DNA of 64,000 nucleotides from Strigamia acuminata (Eukaryota): NCBI GenBank assembly GCA_949358305.1, contig OX442314.1, positions 10,788,001 to 10,852,000 of the forward strand, read 5' to 3'. Shown piece by piece: positions 19,917 to 31,862 of this stretch (position 1 is its first letter; each line of letters starts with the position of its first letter). The notes under the pieces were generated by a model. It saw only the letters and a program-made list of their open reading frames with translations, ran no database searches and was not told where the DNA came from. The position numbers and the translations under genes were made by a program.

Positions 19917-21816
19917 TTACTCCAGATAAGTTTCCATAAAATCTGTTATTTCTTCTTGACTATAAGTATGACCGCACGACATCAGCGGCATATTGTGTAG
20001 CTTTAGGTCAAAACCCTTTTGTATCAAGCAATAAAAAGGTAAGCACCTCAAGCAATAACTGATGTCTTGTGAATTGGCAACAGAATATTCCACAAATTTT
20101 TCCATTACAGACACATGAGTGTACACGTCATGCAGAGTCTGCGCACAAACTGTAAGCGAAACAACAACAAAATTCCTTGAACACAACCATTTCATTCTCC
20201 AGTAAAGAATTTCTTCGAGTGACACAAAGAACTTCCAAAAAATCGCTATCCAGCTTTCCAAGTTCACACGTGTCGTTAATTTCAGATATTTTGTAAAAAC
20301 TAATCAGCACCGGATCTTGATGGTCTCCAGGTCCGTTCAAATGTTCGTCAATAAAGTCAAATACAACTCTGTTGGTCCAAAAATTTTCAAACTCCCGCCC
20401 AAAAAGAGTCGCCAGTCTACACAAACTTTCTTCTAATTCGGATGCAACCGCCTCACTCATTCCTTCGGATGCAATTTCGGGAAGCCAGTTTCGAAATGTA
20501 GCGACATTTTTACATTCCACTGTTTCGCTGGTGAAGTGTTGAATGAGAACCGATTTCTTAAGCCTGCTCATATCACTCGCATTTGAGAAAGAAAAACTCA
20601 AAAATCTATTAACTTTCGTCCATTTGTTAGCACTTATTTCGTTGTGAAGCAACCTGCGACAGATCTCGTTCGCTAAGTAGGAACAATGCACTTTAACCTG
20701 ATCGCGTCGGGTGACGACTTCCATGACGTGATGAGCAAGTCTGTTCAACGTTCTTGGTCCAAACGAGACAGAGTCAAGGTGTGTTTGATTTGTTTTTGGA
20801 GAAATGCTCCTGAGGAAATGAGGAATTGTCGTTACGAGCTTAAATATTCGTTCGTTCACTACATGCTTTGCGAGATGCAAGATTTTGATAATTTCCATTT
20901 ATTATTGCTTAACGATACGGACATTAAAAAAAGAAGAATGATTTTGAACAGATGTGTTGCTCATTTACTTTTTCAAAAAATGTATTATTTCCATTGGGAT
21001 TTTCTGGAGTCGATTGCAAATAAATACATCAGGACTGAGAGTGAAATGACAACTTTTAACAATCTTTGTCGTGCGTGTCATCGTCGAAGTGTGAAATCAA
21101 GTCTTCCAATTTACTTTCTCGCGGATTAGCAGCTTGATGATCGCATTTCTTTCGTACGGTGTCATGAGCGACCAAAAATACTCAACGCCACATGGGTTTG
21201 CTAGGTCGATCGACAGGGAAAACATTTTGACTTTCATGTTGAAAGGAATCTTCGAAGAGTCAGTTTTAATCGTCATTCTTTTCCAATATTTGTACATGAT
21301 AGTTTTTAAGTCTGAGTCCTTTTGTTTGTCGAACATCTTTCTCAAATTGTTGCCACATTCGTTCGAAATATCTTCCACGACATCTGCGACGCAGCAGACG
21401 ACGGCGAGGCAGTATCTGGATTCGAACGTCCATTCTTGTAACTCTGAAAGAACTCTTGCTGTTTTGGTCATGTCTAGTTGTCCATATATTGACCATTTCG
21501 TGCGTTGGATAATGCTTTTCGCTAATTGTCCATCGCCAATAAAAACGTGGGAAAATAAGAAATTAGGCAAATCCCTCAACTGGCATCCGACGTGTTTCAC
21601 CAAAGACCTCAACATTAAATTTAACTCGTTCGAAATAAGAAATTCATCCACTAGTTTGGAAACTGCTTCCTCACCTTCTGACCATCGCCTTCGACGACTG
21701 TTTGGAGTGCTTTTCTTGCTATTAATTTGAATATTGTAATTATATTTCCATAGTAAAACCGAAGTTTTTACTAAGGTGATGTGTTATAGACTCGGCATGT
21801 CCAAAATGGACTTCAT
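19917..21816 (-). pseudogene. Tandem family gene 3 (type A), pseudogene with an internal inversion
   Basis: TAA at codon 11; frameshifts near 21120 and 20240; ~20695-21058 inverted; ~165 bp deleted. Confidence 0.9.
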
Positions 21817-21960
21817 GACTTGAAATTGAGAAAAAAAGTGTTGTTGAATTGTAAAATTAAAAATGTTCATTATTACTTTACAATAATAGTTTTGCCTGTT
21901 TTATTCTGCACATGCCTGCACGTATTCTTGCCACTCTAGCTAGGCGTGAGTAGTGCATCT

Positions 21961-22110
21961 TGTGACGGTTGTAAAATCGTGAAGTTCTAAAGTTCACGAC
22001 AGATGCCGCTGTTCAAATGAACGTGCGTAGTTTAAATACATAACCAGAGTTGTAGTGATTATTATGACTAAACGGATAAATATAAGTTATTTGTTAACCT
22101 GAATAAAGTA
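21961..22110 (+). repeat. Diverged Gypsy LTR 5' fragment
   Basis: Paralog of 14507-14665. Confidence 0.6.
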
Positions 22111-22500
22111 TCATTTGTTATAATATTGATTAGTTTTGGTCATGTCTAACTGTCCGTGTATTGTCCATTGCATGCATTGGATGACGGACTTCACAAATGT
22201 TACGTCGAGGAATTTGATGTCGTTGAAAACTTGGGGAACTAAGAATTTCAGCAAATCCCACAGTTGGTTTCCGACATGCCAAACCAACAATTCCAACATT
22301 GGTTTCAAAACGTTCGGAATGACTAAAGCTTTCACTGGTTCACAAATTGTTTCTTGGGTGTGTAACCATCGCTTCTTACGACTGTTTGTAGTCACTTCCT
22401 TGCAATTAATATGATTGATGAAATAGTATTTCCACAGCAAAACTGAAGCTCTTGCTAGTGAAATATACTGTAGTCTCGGCAGGTCAAAAATGGTTCTCAT
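22111..22500 (-). pseudogene. Truncated divergent paralog (129-aa open frame)
   Basis: MRTIFDLPRLQYISLARASVLLWKY...GQLDMTKT, ending at the LTR fragment. Confidence 0.75.
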
Positions 22501-23310
22501 GCTTTGGAATTTCCAACCAAGCAGTTGTACAATGTGTCATATATTCCACATACACAGTTCAGTTCTTTGCCGTTCGACAACTTCGTCGAGCTATCGACTT
22601 CATAAAATCTAAGAGATTAAAAATTAAAAATTTAAATTCAATTAAAAATAATTTGTATTGCTTTCTTACTTGTGATTTACCCGCGTGTCCTATTGGATAC
22701 ACTCGCCATTTAGCCACGTTTTACGAAAGCTGTGAGATTTTCTATTGCGCGCATTACGGCGCAAAGGCCAATAAGTACTGCTGAAAAGTTGTCCGTAAAG
22801 TATTGCCGAAAAACTAGCAAATGTTTGTTGTAAATCTGTGTCTTTGATGTAATTTGGTGTAGAAAACTGAATAAATTAAAAATGTGATCGGGTAAAATGT
22901 GGTTTATTTTGTTTGCTTAGTCGGTTTGCTTTCATTTTACACTTGGGAGAAATTGGTGCCACCAATCGTCGCTATCCTCACAATCGGCCAAAAATTCTTT
23001 ATCACATTTTAAGCATTTAAATTTACTACTTTTGTGCATAGATAAATTGTTTTTAAAACTGTGTTTGCTTTCCTGAACGGTCCAAAACACCTAAAATGCC
23101 TTGTTATTTTATTCCCCTGTATTTTATTTCCAATTTTTTGTTAATTTGCTGGAATTAAGTTATTGGACACACATCACTTTTATTAAATTTTACGTTACAT
23201 TGGCCACCATAATTATCCAGTGTGGTAGCGAATTTCAAGAATTATTGCTAAAAGTCTACAACGTTAAGTGTTTGTTGAAGCACAACGTGAAACTACTCAA
23301 ATATACATTT

Positions 23311-25440
23311 TTACTCCAGATAAGTTTCCATAAAAGCTGTTATTTCTTCTTGACTATAACCGCACGACATCAGCAGCGTATTGAATTGATTTTGGTCAGA
23401 ATCGTCTTGTAGCATGTAACAAAAAGGTAAGCACCTCATGCAATAACTGATGTCTTGTGAATTGACAAAAGAATCATTCAAAAATTTGTTCATTGCCAAC
23501 TTATGATTGTACACGTCAGAGTGTGCGCACACATTGTAAGCGAGACAACAGCAAAATTCCTTGAACACAACCATTTCATTGTCCGGTAAAGTATTACTTC
23601 GAGTGACACAAATAAGTTCCAAAAAATCGCTATCCAGCTTCCCAGCTTCACATGCATCGATAATTTCAGATATTTTGTAAAAACTAATCAGCACCGGTTT
23701 TTGAAGGTCTCCAACGTTGTTCCACAGTAATGCACCGAAGCACCATGTACTCGCTAAACACCCAAAATAACGCACCAGTGTAGATAAACTTTCTTCTAAG
23801 TCGGACGCAACCGCATCACTCATTCCTTCGGATGCAACTTCGGGAAGCCAGAATCGAAATATATCGATCGAATTCGAATCCACTGTGTCGCTGGTGAAGT
23901 GGTGAAAGAGAACCGATTTCTTAAGCCTGCTCATTTCCCTCGCATTCGGGAAACAAAAACTCAAAAATCTATTGAGTTTCGTCCACTTGTTCGCTCTAAT
24001 TTCGTTGTCACGCACCGATTTCTTTTCACTCGAGAAAGGAAGACTCAAATCTTGATCAAATTTCGTCCACTCGTACGCACTAATTTCGTTGTCAAGCAAC
24101 CTGCGACAGATCTCGTTCGCAAAGTAGGAACAATGCACTTTAAAAGTTGTCATTTCACTCTCAGTCGTGATGTATTTATTTGCAATTGACTCCAGAAAAT
24201 CCCAATGGAAATCATCCGTTTCTGTAAAAAGTAACTGAGCAACACACCTGCTCAAAATCATTCTTCTCTTTTTGATGTCCGTATGGTTAAGCAATAATAA
24301 ATGGAAATTATCAAAATCTCGCATCTCGCAAAGCATGTAGTGAACGAACGAATATTTAAGCTCGTAACGACAATTCCTCATTTCCTCGGGAGCATTTCTC
24401 CAAAAACGAATCAAACACTCCTTGACTCTGTCTCGTTTGGACCAAGAACGAACAGACTTGCTCATCACGTCATAGAAGTCGTCAGCCGACGCCATCAGGT
24501 TTAGGACCCGGCTCGACTTGGGCGTGAACGAGTCCGTGTGCAAAAAATGTATCAGTACGGGCGCGATAGGTCTCAATCCGAATTCCGAAAACAAAATGGC
24601 CCTCATTTGATGCTCGTCCATCTCACCAAGTAGAAAGTTCATGATGCCCGTCTCGAACGTGCAGTAACAATCTTCGTTGTGTGGGTCATCGTAGAAGTGT
24701 GAAATCAAGTCTTTCAATTTACTTTCTTGCCGGATTAGCAGCTTGATGATCGCATTTCTTTCGTACGGTGTCATGAGGGACCAGAAATATTCAACGCCAC
24801 ATTGGTTTGCTAGGTCTATGGAGAGGGAAAACATTTTGACTTTCATGTTGAAAGGAATCTTCGAAGAGTCAGTTTTAATCGTCATTCGTTTCCAATATTT
24901 GTACATAATCGTTTTTAAGTTATTTGAGTCCTTTTGTTTGTCAAACATCCTCTTCAAAATGTTGCCATGTTCGTTCGAAATATCTTCCACGACATCTGCG
25001 ACGCAACAGACGACGGCGAGGCAGAATCTGGATTCGACCGTCCATTCTTCTAACTCTGATAGAACTCTTGCCGTTTTGGTCATGTCCAGTTGTCCATATA
25101 TTGACCATTTCGTGCATTCGATAATGGTTTTCGCTGATTGTACATCGCGAATGTTTTGGCCAATAAAAACGTGGGAAAATAAGAAATTGAATAAATCCTT
25201 CAACTGGCATCCGACGTGCTTCACCAAAGGTTCCAACATTATTTTTAACTCGTCCGGAATATCAAACCCATCCACTAGTTCAGAAACTGTCCACTCAGCT
25301 TCTGACCATTGCTTTCGACGACTCTCTGCAGTGTTTTTCTTGCTATTAAATTGAATATTGAAATTATATTTCCATAGTAAAACCGAAGTTTCTACTAAGG
25401 TGATGTGTTTTAGACTCGGCAAGTCCAAAATGGACTTCAT
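23311..25440 (-). CDS. Tandem family gene 4 (type B, 709 aa)
   Basis: Intact ORF, paralog of genes 2 and 7. Confidence 0.9.
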   Translation of the reverse strand: MKSILDLPSLKHITLVETSVLLWKYNFNIQFNSKKNTAESRRKQWSEAEWTVSELVDGFDIPDELKIMLEPLVKHVGCQLKDLFNFLFSHVFIGQNIRDVQSAKTIIECTKWSIYGQLDMTKTARVLSELEEWTVESRFCLAVVCCVADVVEDISNEHGNILKRMFDKQKDSNNLKTIMYKYWKRMTIKTDSSKIPFNMKVKMFSLSIDLANQCGVEYFWSLMTPYERNAIIKLLIRQESKLKDLISHFYDDPHNEDCYCTFETGIMNFLLGEMDEHQMRAILFSEFGLRPIAPVLIHFLHTDSFTPKSSRVLNLMASADDFYDVMSKSVRSWSKRDRVKECLIRFWRNAPEEMRNCRYELKYSFVHYMLCEMRDFDNFHLLLLNHTDIKKRRMILSRCVAQLLFTETDDFHWDFLESIANKYITTESEMTTFKVHCSYFANEICRRLLDNEISAYEWTKFDQDLSLPFSSEKKSVRDNEIRANKWTKLNRFLSFCFPNAREMSRLKKSVLFHHFTSDTVDSNSIDIFRFWLPEVASEGMSDAVASDLEESLSTLVRYFGCLASTWCFGALLWNNVGDLQKPVLISFYKISEIIDACEAGKLDSDFLELICVTRSNTLPDNEMVVFKEFCCCLAYNVCAHSDVYNHKLAMNKFLNDSFVNSQDISYCMRCLPFCYMLQDDSDQNQFNTLLMSCGYSQEEITAFMETYLE

Positions 25441-26298
25441 GGTTGAAATTTTAAAAAAAGAATGTGTTGTTGAATTGTAAAAATAAAAATATTCATTATT
25501 ACTTTACAATAATAGTCTTGCCTGCTTTATTTAACATAACTCACTATCGAGCATATTCTTGCCACTCCAGCTAGGTGTGAGTAATGCATCTGAACACCGC
25601 TTTTCCATATATTTGTAAATGATAATGTTTGTGAATAATTGACCCCATTGTCGTTATTTTTTGTATCAACTGGTTAAAATCACGAATGACAACAGATGTA
25701 AAAAATTCAAAGTCGGTTTTTAATGCTCCTGGTGCTAACCCAAGTAAAACTATATTTGTAATTTGCATTACACGCTCCTGCACTGGTGCTAACTCAAAAA
25801 ATGAACGCAGGGATCCGCCACCTGGTGATGTCGAAGCAAACTGAAGCTACCGGTAGTTGACTGCATTTTATTAGTCGTCGTTACCAAATCTATTATGGAA
25901 TTCATAGTTTTCGCTTTTTAAAATTAAAAGTATCACTTAAAGGTGTTAAAACTATTTCTCGAGGGTATCATGACCTGACAATTAATTTAATACAAAAAAT
26001 TTAACCAAACTTGATGTACACTAAAATAAATATAAGAAAATACATTGCCATCAATCTGTCCAGCAATATAACATTTAACATTTTTTTTGAAAATATATTA
26101 ATTTATTACAAGTTGCCTCAGCCTTGTTTATTGTCCACACATTAGTGAAAGTGTTTCACTTAAAATTTAAAAAATTAATGCTAAAAATTGCACAAACTTT
26201 CGGCTTTAGAAACGAGAAGCAAACTGGTAAATTTAGTTGAAACTTAGTTGAAACAGTTTGAACCTACACAAACATGTATGTTTAATCCTAATGCACAG

Positions 26299-26804
26299 AT
26301 TACAAATTCCCAAACTTTCTAACCGGCAATGCCACTTGCCCCGTAGGATACGACGACGTTATGATATTTAAGAAAACTGTCTACTACACGTGTTCAAGCA
26401 CTTTCGAGACGCATTGGTGCAGCACGACCGAAGTGGTCACCACCGTGACTTACCGTTTCGGCGGAATGTACAGCTCGTACGTGACCAATTTCCTCACCGG
26501 AAGCCGCAATTGTCCGCCCTACTTTCACCCGCTGCCCATCTTGAGCATCCAGATTTGCACGAGCTACCAGTACACCGATAAGGACAGCGGCGGTTTGCAG
26601 AATATCCATTTGGGAGGGTTTATAGTGATTTGTACGAGTTAAGATCTTGTGCATTTACCCGCGTGTCCTATTGGGAATACTCGTCATTTTGCCTCGTTTT
26701 ACGAAAGTTGTGAGATTTTCTATTGCGCGCATTACGGCGCAAAGGCCAATAAGATCGAGTTGCAATTGCTCAAGCCGCCAACGTTTATTGAAGGTGGAAC
26801 TTAA
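26299..26804 (+). pseudogene. MPEG1/perforin-2-like C-terminal (P2-type) last exon, disrupted
   Basis: Acceptor CACAG at 26298; NFLTGNATCPVGY...HWC...FGGMYS..TNFLTGSRNCPPYF..QIC..LGGF..CPIGNTRHFA..CEIFYC..KPP; internal TAA at 26640 and a 30-bp deletion. Confidence 0.65.
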
Positions 26805-27122
26805 AGTTGTCCGTAAAGTATTGCCGAAAAAATAGCAAGTGTTTGTTGTAAATTTATGTCTTTGATGTAGTTTGATGTACAAAACTGAATAAATTAAAAA
26901 TGTGATCGGGTAAAATGTGTTTTATTTTGTTTGCTTAGTCGGTTTGGTTTCATTTTAGACTTGGGAGAGATTGGTGCCACCAATTCAATTTTTTACCAGT
27001 AAAAATAACGAACATAGCACGATGTCCAAATTTTTGTTAATTTGCTGGAATCACTTTTGGAGTGTTCGGCACTCCATTTTCTTTCATGTTAATTTGTGAC
27101 CCTGCCCTTGCGCAGCGCCAAC

Positions 27123-27333
27123 CAGTGGCGGATCTAGCACCGGGCTATCGGGGCTTGAGCCCCGGGCCCCCAAATTCTAGGGGGCCCCCGAGACTCTGGG
27201 CCATGTATTAAAAAATAAAAAAAAAAAGGTCGCTAAAAAAAAAAAAAAGAAGAAAGATCGCGAAAAAATTTTGAGAAAGGGGCCCCGAAAAAACCTCAAG
27301 CCCCGGGCCCCCGGAAAGCTAGATCCGCTCCTG
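27123..27333. mobile_element. hAT-type MITE (211 bp)
   Basis: TIRs CAGTGGCGGATCTAGC / GCTAGATCCGCTCCTG; 8-bp TSD GCGCCAAC; empty site near 32482. Confidence 0.88.
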
Positions 27334-27790
27334 GCGCCAACTATGTCTTTTGACCATGAATAAACACTTATGCTAATTCTACACTGCCGACTGGTCACTT
27401 CCAAACTACATCCAGCTACAAATCCTTGCAATCCAATACAAATCCAAGCACGAAACACATTTCAAATATTACAAGTTAGTCAAAGACAGACTATTTTCAC
27501 AGATTTCGGAAAAAATGATCTTGGAAATCGGTGGAAATAGACCGATTTCGGTGGAAATGATCGCCAAGTTCTACTAAAATAACTGTTCATTATTCTAGAA
27601 GAAAATATATTCTTCGTTTTTTTAGTTTAATGAAAAAAAATCTAATTTGGTTTACTAAGTGATTAATTTAAAACAAAATGAAAAACATTTAAAATTTAAA
27701 ATTAACAAAATAAGAGCACAGCAGTATTTTTTTTTATTATTATTAAATTTGAGTATAGAATATAAATAAAATAAAATAAAATAAACAACT

Positions 27791-29917
27791 TCAAACTAAA
27801 GAAAGAAGCATTTTTTGTTCAGGTAAGTAAGTTTCCATAAAATCTGTTTCTTCTTCTTGACTAAAACCGAACGACTTATGCATCAAACCGGTTTGTATCA
27901 AGGTATAAAAAGATAAGCACTTCATGCAATAATTGATGTCTTCTGAATTGACAACAGAACAGTCCACAAATTTTTGCATTATAAACTCATGAACGGCGAT
28001 GCTAGAGTCTGCGCACAAACTGTAAGCGAGACAACAGCAAAATTCCTTGAACACAATTTCATTTTCCAGTAAAGAATTTATTCGAGTGACACAAATATGT
28101 TCCAAAAAATCGTTATCCAGCTTCCCAGCTTCACACGCATCGATAATTTCAGATATTTTGTAAAAACTAATCAGCACCGGATCTTGAAGGTCTCCAAATC
28201 CATCCAACTCTTCATTAGTAAACTCTAGTACAATTCTGTTGGCACAAAAATCGAACATCTGTTTTGGAATAAAGTCAAATGCAATTCTGTTGGTCTCAAA
28301 ATTCTCAAACCCCCGCCCAAAAAAAGTCGCCAGTCTACACAAACTTTCTTCTAATTCGGATGCAACCGCCTCACTCATTCCTTCGGATGCAATTTCGGGA
28401 AGCCAGTTTCGAAATGCAGCGACATTTTTGCATTCCACTGTTTCGCTGGTGAAGTGATGAATGAGAACCGATTTCTTAAGCCTGCTCATTTTACTCGCAT
28501 TCGAGAAAGAAAAACTCAAAAATTTATCAAGTTTCGTCCACTTGTTCGCACTTGTTTCGTTGTGAAGCAACCTGCGACAGATCTCGTTCGCAAAGTAGGA
28601 ACATTGCACTTTAAATGTTGTCATTTCACTTTCAGTCGTGATGTATTTATTTGCAATCGACTCCAGGAAATCCCAATGGAAATCATACATTTTCTTAAAA
28701 AGTAATTGAGCAACACATCTGTTCAAAATCATTCTTCTTTTTTTAATGTCCGTATCGTTAGGCAATAGTAAATGGAAATTATCAAAATCTTGCATCTCGC
28801 AAAGCATGTAGTACACGAACGAATATCTATGTTCGTAACGGCAAGTCTTCATTTCCTCAGGAGCATTTCTCCAAAAACGAATCAAACACACCTTCACTCT
28901 GTCTCGTTTGGACCAAGAAACGAAAGAATACTGGCTCATCGCGTCATAGAAGTTGTCACCCGACGCGAACAGGTTTAGAACGCGGCTCGACTTGGGCGTG
29001 AACGAGTGCGTGTGCAGAAAATGTATCAGCACGGGTGCGAGAGGTTTCACTCCGTATCCCGAAGACAAAATGGTCCTCATTTGATGCTCGTCCATCTCCC
29101 CAAGTAGAAAGTTCATGATGCCAATCTCGAATGTGCAGAAACAATCTTTGTCGTGCGTGTCATCCTCGAAGTGTGAAATCAAGTCTTCCAATTTACTATC
29201 TGGATAGATTAGCCGATTGACGATTGCAGTTCTTTCGTACGGTGTCATGAGTGACCAGAAATACTCAACGCCACATTGGTTCGCGTGGTCTATGGAGAGG
29301 GAAAACATTTTGACTTTCGTGTTGAAAGGAATCTTTGAAGAGTCGGTTTTAATCGTCATCCTTTTCCAGTATTTGTACATGATAGTTTTTAAGTTTGAGT
29401 CCTTTTGTTTGTCAAACATCTTTCTCAAAATGTTGCCACATTCGTTCGAAATATCTTCCACGACATCTGCGATGCAACAGACGACGGCGAGGCAGAATCT
29501 GGATTCGAACGTCCATTCTGCTAACTCTGAGAGAACTCTTGCTGTTTTGGTCATGTCTAGTTGTCCATATATTGACCATTCTGTGCATTGGATAATGGTT
29601 TTCGCTATTTGTCCATCGGGAAAGCTTTGGCCAATAAAAACGTGGGAAAATAAGAAATTAAGCACATCCCACAACTGGCATCCGACGTGCTTCGCCAAAG
29701 ACTTCAACAGTAACTTTAACTCGTTCGGAATAAGAAATTCATCCACTAGTTTGGAAACTGCTTCCTCACCTTCTGACCATCGCCTTCGACGACTGTTTGG
29801 ATTGGTTTTCTTGCTATTAATTTGAATATTGAAAGGAGGATTATATTTCCATAGTAAAACCGAAGTTTTTACTAATGTGATGTGTTTTAAACTCGGCAAG
29901 TCCAAAATGGACTTCAT
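27791..29917 (-). CDS. Tandem family gene 5 (type A, 708 aa)
   Basis: Intact ORF. Confidence 0.9.
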   Translation of the reverse strand: MKSILDLPSLKHITLVKTSVLLWKYNPPFNIQINSKKTNPNSRRRRWSEGEEAVSKLVDEFLIPNELKLLLKSLAKHVGCQLWDVLNFLFSHVFIGQSFPDGQIAKTIIQCTEWSIYGQLDMTKTARVLSELAEWTFESRFCLAVVCCIADVVEDISNECGNILRKMFDKQKDSNLKTIMYKYWKRMTIKTDSSKIPFNTKVKMFSLSIDHANQCGVEYFWSLMTPYERTAIVNRLIYPDSKLEDLISHFEDDTHDKDCFCTFEIGIMNFLLGEMDEHQMRTILSSGYGVKPLAPVLIHFLHTHSFTPKSSRVLNLFASGDNFYDAMSQYSFVSWSKRDRVKVCLIRFWRNAPEEMKTCRYEHRYSFVYYMLCEMQDFDNFHLLLPNDTDIKKRRMILNRCVAQLLFKKMYDFHWDFLESIANKYITTESEMTTFKVQCSYFANEICRRLLHNETSANKWTKLDKFLSFSFSNASKMSRLKKSVLIHHFTSETVECKNVAAFRNWLPEIASEGMSEAVASELEESLCRLATFFGRGFENFETNRIAFDFIPKQMFDFCANRIVLEFTNEELDGFGDLQDPVLISFYKISEIIDACEAGKLDNDFLEHICVTRINSLLENEIVFKEFCCCLAYSLCADSSIAVHEFIMQKFVDCSVVNSEDINYCMKCLSFYTLIQTGLMHKSFGFSQEEETDFMETYLPEQKMLLSLV

Positions 29918-30067
29918 GATTTGAAAGTGAAAAAAAAAAGTGCTGTTGAATTGTAAAAATAAAAATATTCATTATTACTTTACAATAATAGTCTTGCCTG
30001 CTTTATTTAACATAACTCACTATCGCACATATTCTTGCCACTCTAGCTAGGCATGAGTAGTGCCTCT

Positions 30068-30592
30068 TGTGACGGTTGTAAAACCGTGAAGTTCGAAAGT
30101 TTCCGACAGATGACGCTGTTCAAATGAACGTTAGTAGTTTAAATACATAACCAGAGTTGTAGTGACTATTATGACTAAACGGATAAATATAAGTTATTTA
30201 TTAACTTGAATAAAGTATTATTTCGTATAATATTGATTAGTTTTGGTCATGTCTAACTGTCCGAGTATTGTCCATCGCGTGTATTGGATGACGGAGTTCA
30301 CGAATGTTACGTCGAGGAATTTGAAGTCGTCTTGGGGAACTAAGAATTTCAGCAAATCCCACAATTGCTTTCCGACATGCCAATACCAACAATTCCAACA
30401 TTGGTTTCAAAACGTTCGGAATGACTAAAGCTTTCACTAGTTCACAAATTGTTTCTTGGATGTGTAACCATCGCTTCTTACGACTGTTTGCAATCAATAT
30501 GATTAATGAAATAGTATTTCCACAGCAAAGCTGAAGTTCTTGCTAGTGAAATATACGTACTGTAATCTCGGCAATTCAAAAATGGTTCTCAT
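30068..30592 (-). pseudogene. Diverged LTR fragment (30068-~30225) plus frameshifted truncated paralog (~30230-30592)
   Basis: Paralogous to 14507-15047 and 21961-22500. Confidence 0.7.
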
Positions 30593-30639
30593 GCTTTGGA
30601 ATTTCCAACCAAGCAGTTGTACTGTACAATAATGTGTTA

Positions 30640-31094
30640 GGGGCCGTCCATAAATTACGTAACGCTTATTTTTCGAGTTTTAGACCCCCTCCCCCCCTAG
30701 TAATAACGTCGTCGTAACTCGTAACAAATCCACAAACCCCCCCCTAGAATATTACGTAACAAAACTTACCACCACCCCCCCCCCCCCCACCAAAAAAATT
30801 TTTTGATACAAAATTTTGATACAAAATTTCACAAAAATTTTAAATTTTTTACAAAAATTTCAACCAAATTTCAAAAATTTTAAAAATGAAAATAAAAATG
30901 TAAAAAATGTAAAAAAAAAATTGAAAAATTTAAATTTTTTTACAAAAATTTAAAATTTACAAAAATTAAAATTTTTACTTTTTGTTACGTAACATTTTTA
31001 AGAACCCCTCCCCTCCCCGTCGTAACAACCAGTAACAAAATTTGAAACCCCCTCCCTCCCCCCTCCAGACGTTACGTAATTTATGGACGGCCCC
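30640..31094. mobile_element. PIF/Harbinger-like MITE
   Basis: Perfect 25-bp TIR GGGGCCGTCCATAAATTACGTAACG; TTA on both sides. Confidence 0.85.
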
Positions 31095-31099
31095 TTATA

Positions 31100-31862
31100 C
31101 AGGGTGTTCTAAAAGTCTGGTCCCCTCCAAATATTTCTTGAGCAATTGTATCTAGGCCAACTTTGATGAATCGATCGTATAGGAAGTTGGGTGAGGGCAA
31201 TCCAATGATGTCATCAAATTTGACCTTGAAGGCCATTTTCACGGTCATTCACTTGCTAACTTCGAAACCAATCAGGTTAGAGCAAAAAAGTCAATTACAA
31301 AGTTGTAGAGCACCATCAAATTAGTACAATCCAACTTATCTTAGTCATCTTAGGTTAAATGTTTTCTTTTTAAAAAGGAAACAAATCAGAAAAATAATCA
31401 AGAAAATGGAATTTTTTATTCTTGTGAAAAAAAGATTATTGAGGCATTAAAAAACGATAGTGGTTTTTCTAGTGTACTTGCATGATAATGCACATTTGAA
31501 TACATTTATTTAAGAAATTCAGTACTTTTGCAGTAGAAATTTAATTTTTGCCACATTTGCAGGCTTTATTTCAGCTAATTTGTTTTCATTTTAAAATAAA
31601 AAAATTTAACTTAAGATGACTAAGATAAGTTGGATAGTACTAATTTGATGGTGCTCTACAACTTTGTAATTGACTTTTTTGCTCTAACCTGATTGGTTTA
31701 GAAGTTAGCAAATGAATGACCTTGAAAATGGTCTTCAAGGTCAAATTTATTGACATCATTGGATTGCTCTTGCCCAACTTTCTATACGATCGCTTCATCA
31801 AAGTTGGCCTAGATGCAATTGCTCAGGAAATATTTGAGGGGATCAGAATTTTGACTCACCCT
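31100..31862. mobile_element. CAGGGTG MITE at the site paralogous to 15089
   Basis: Same family and same flanks; right end slightly deleted. Confidence 0.85.
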
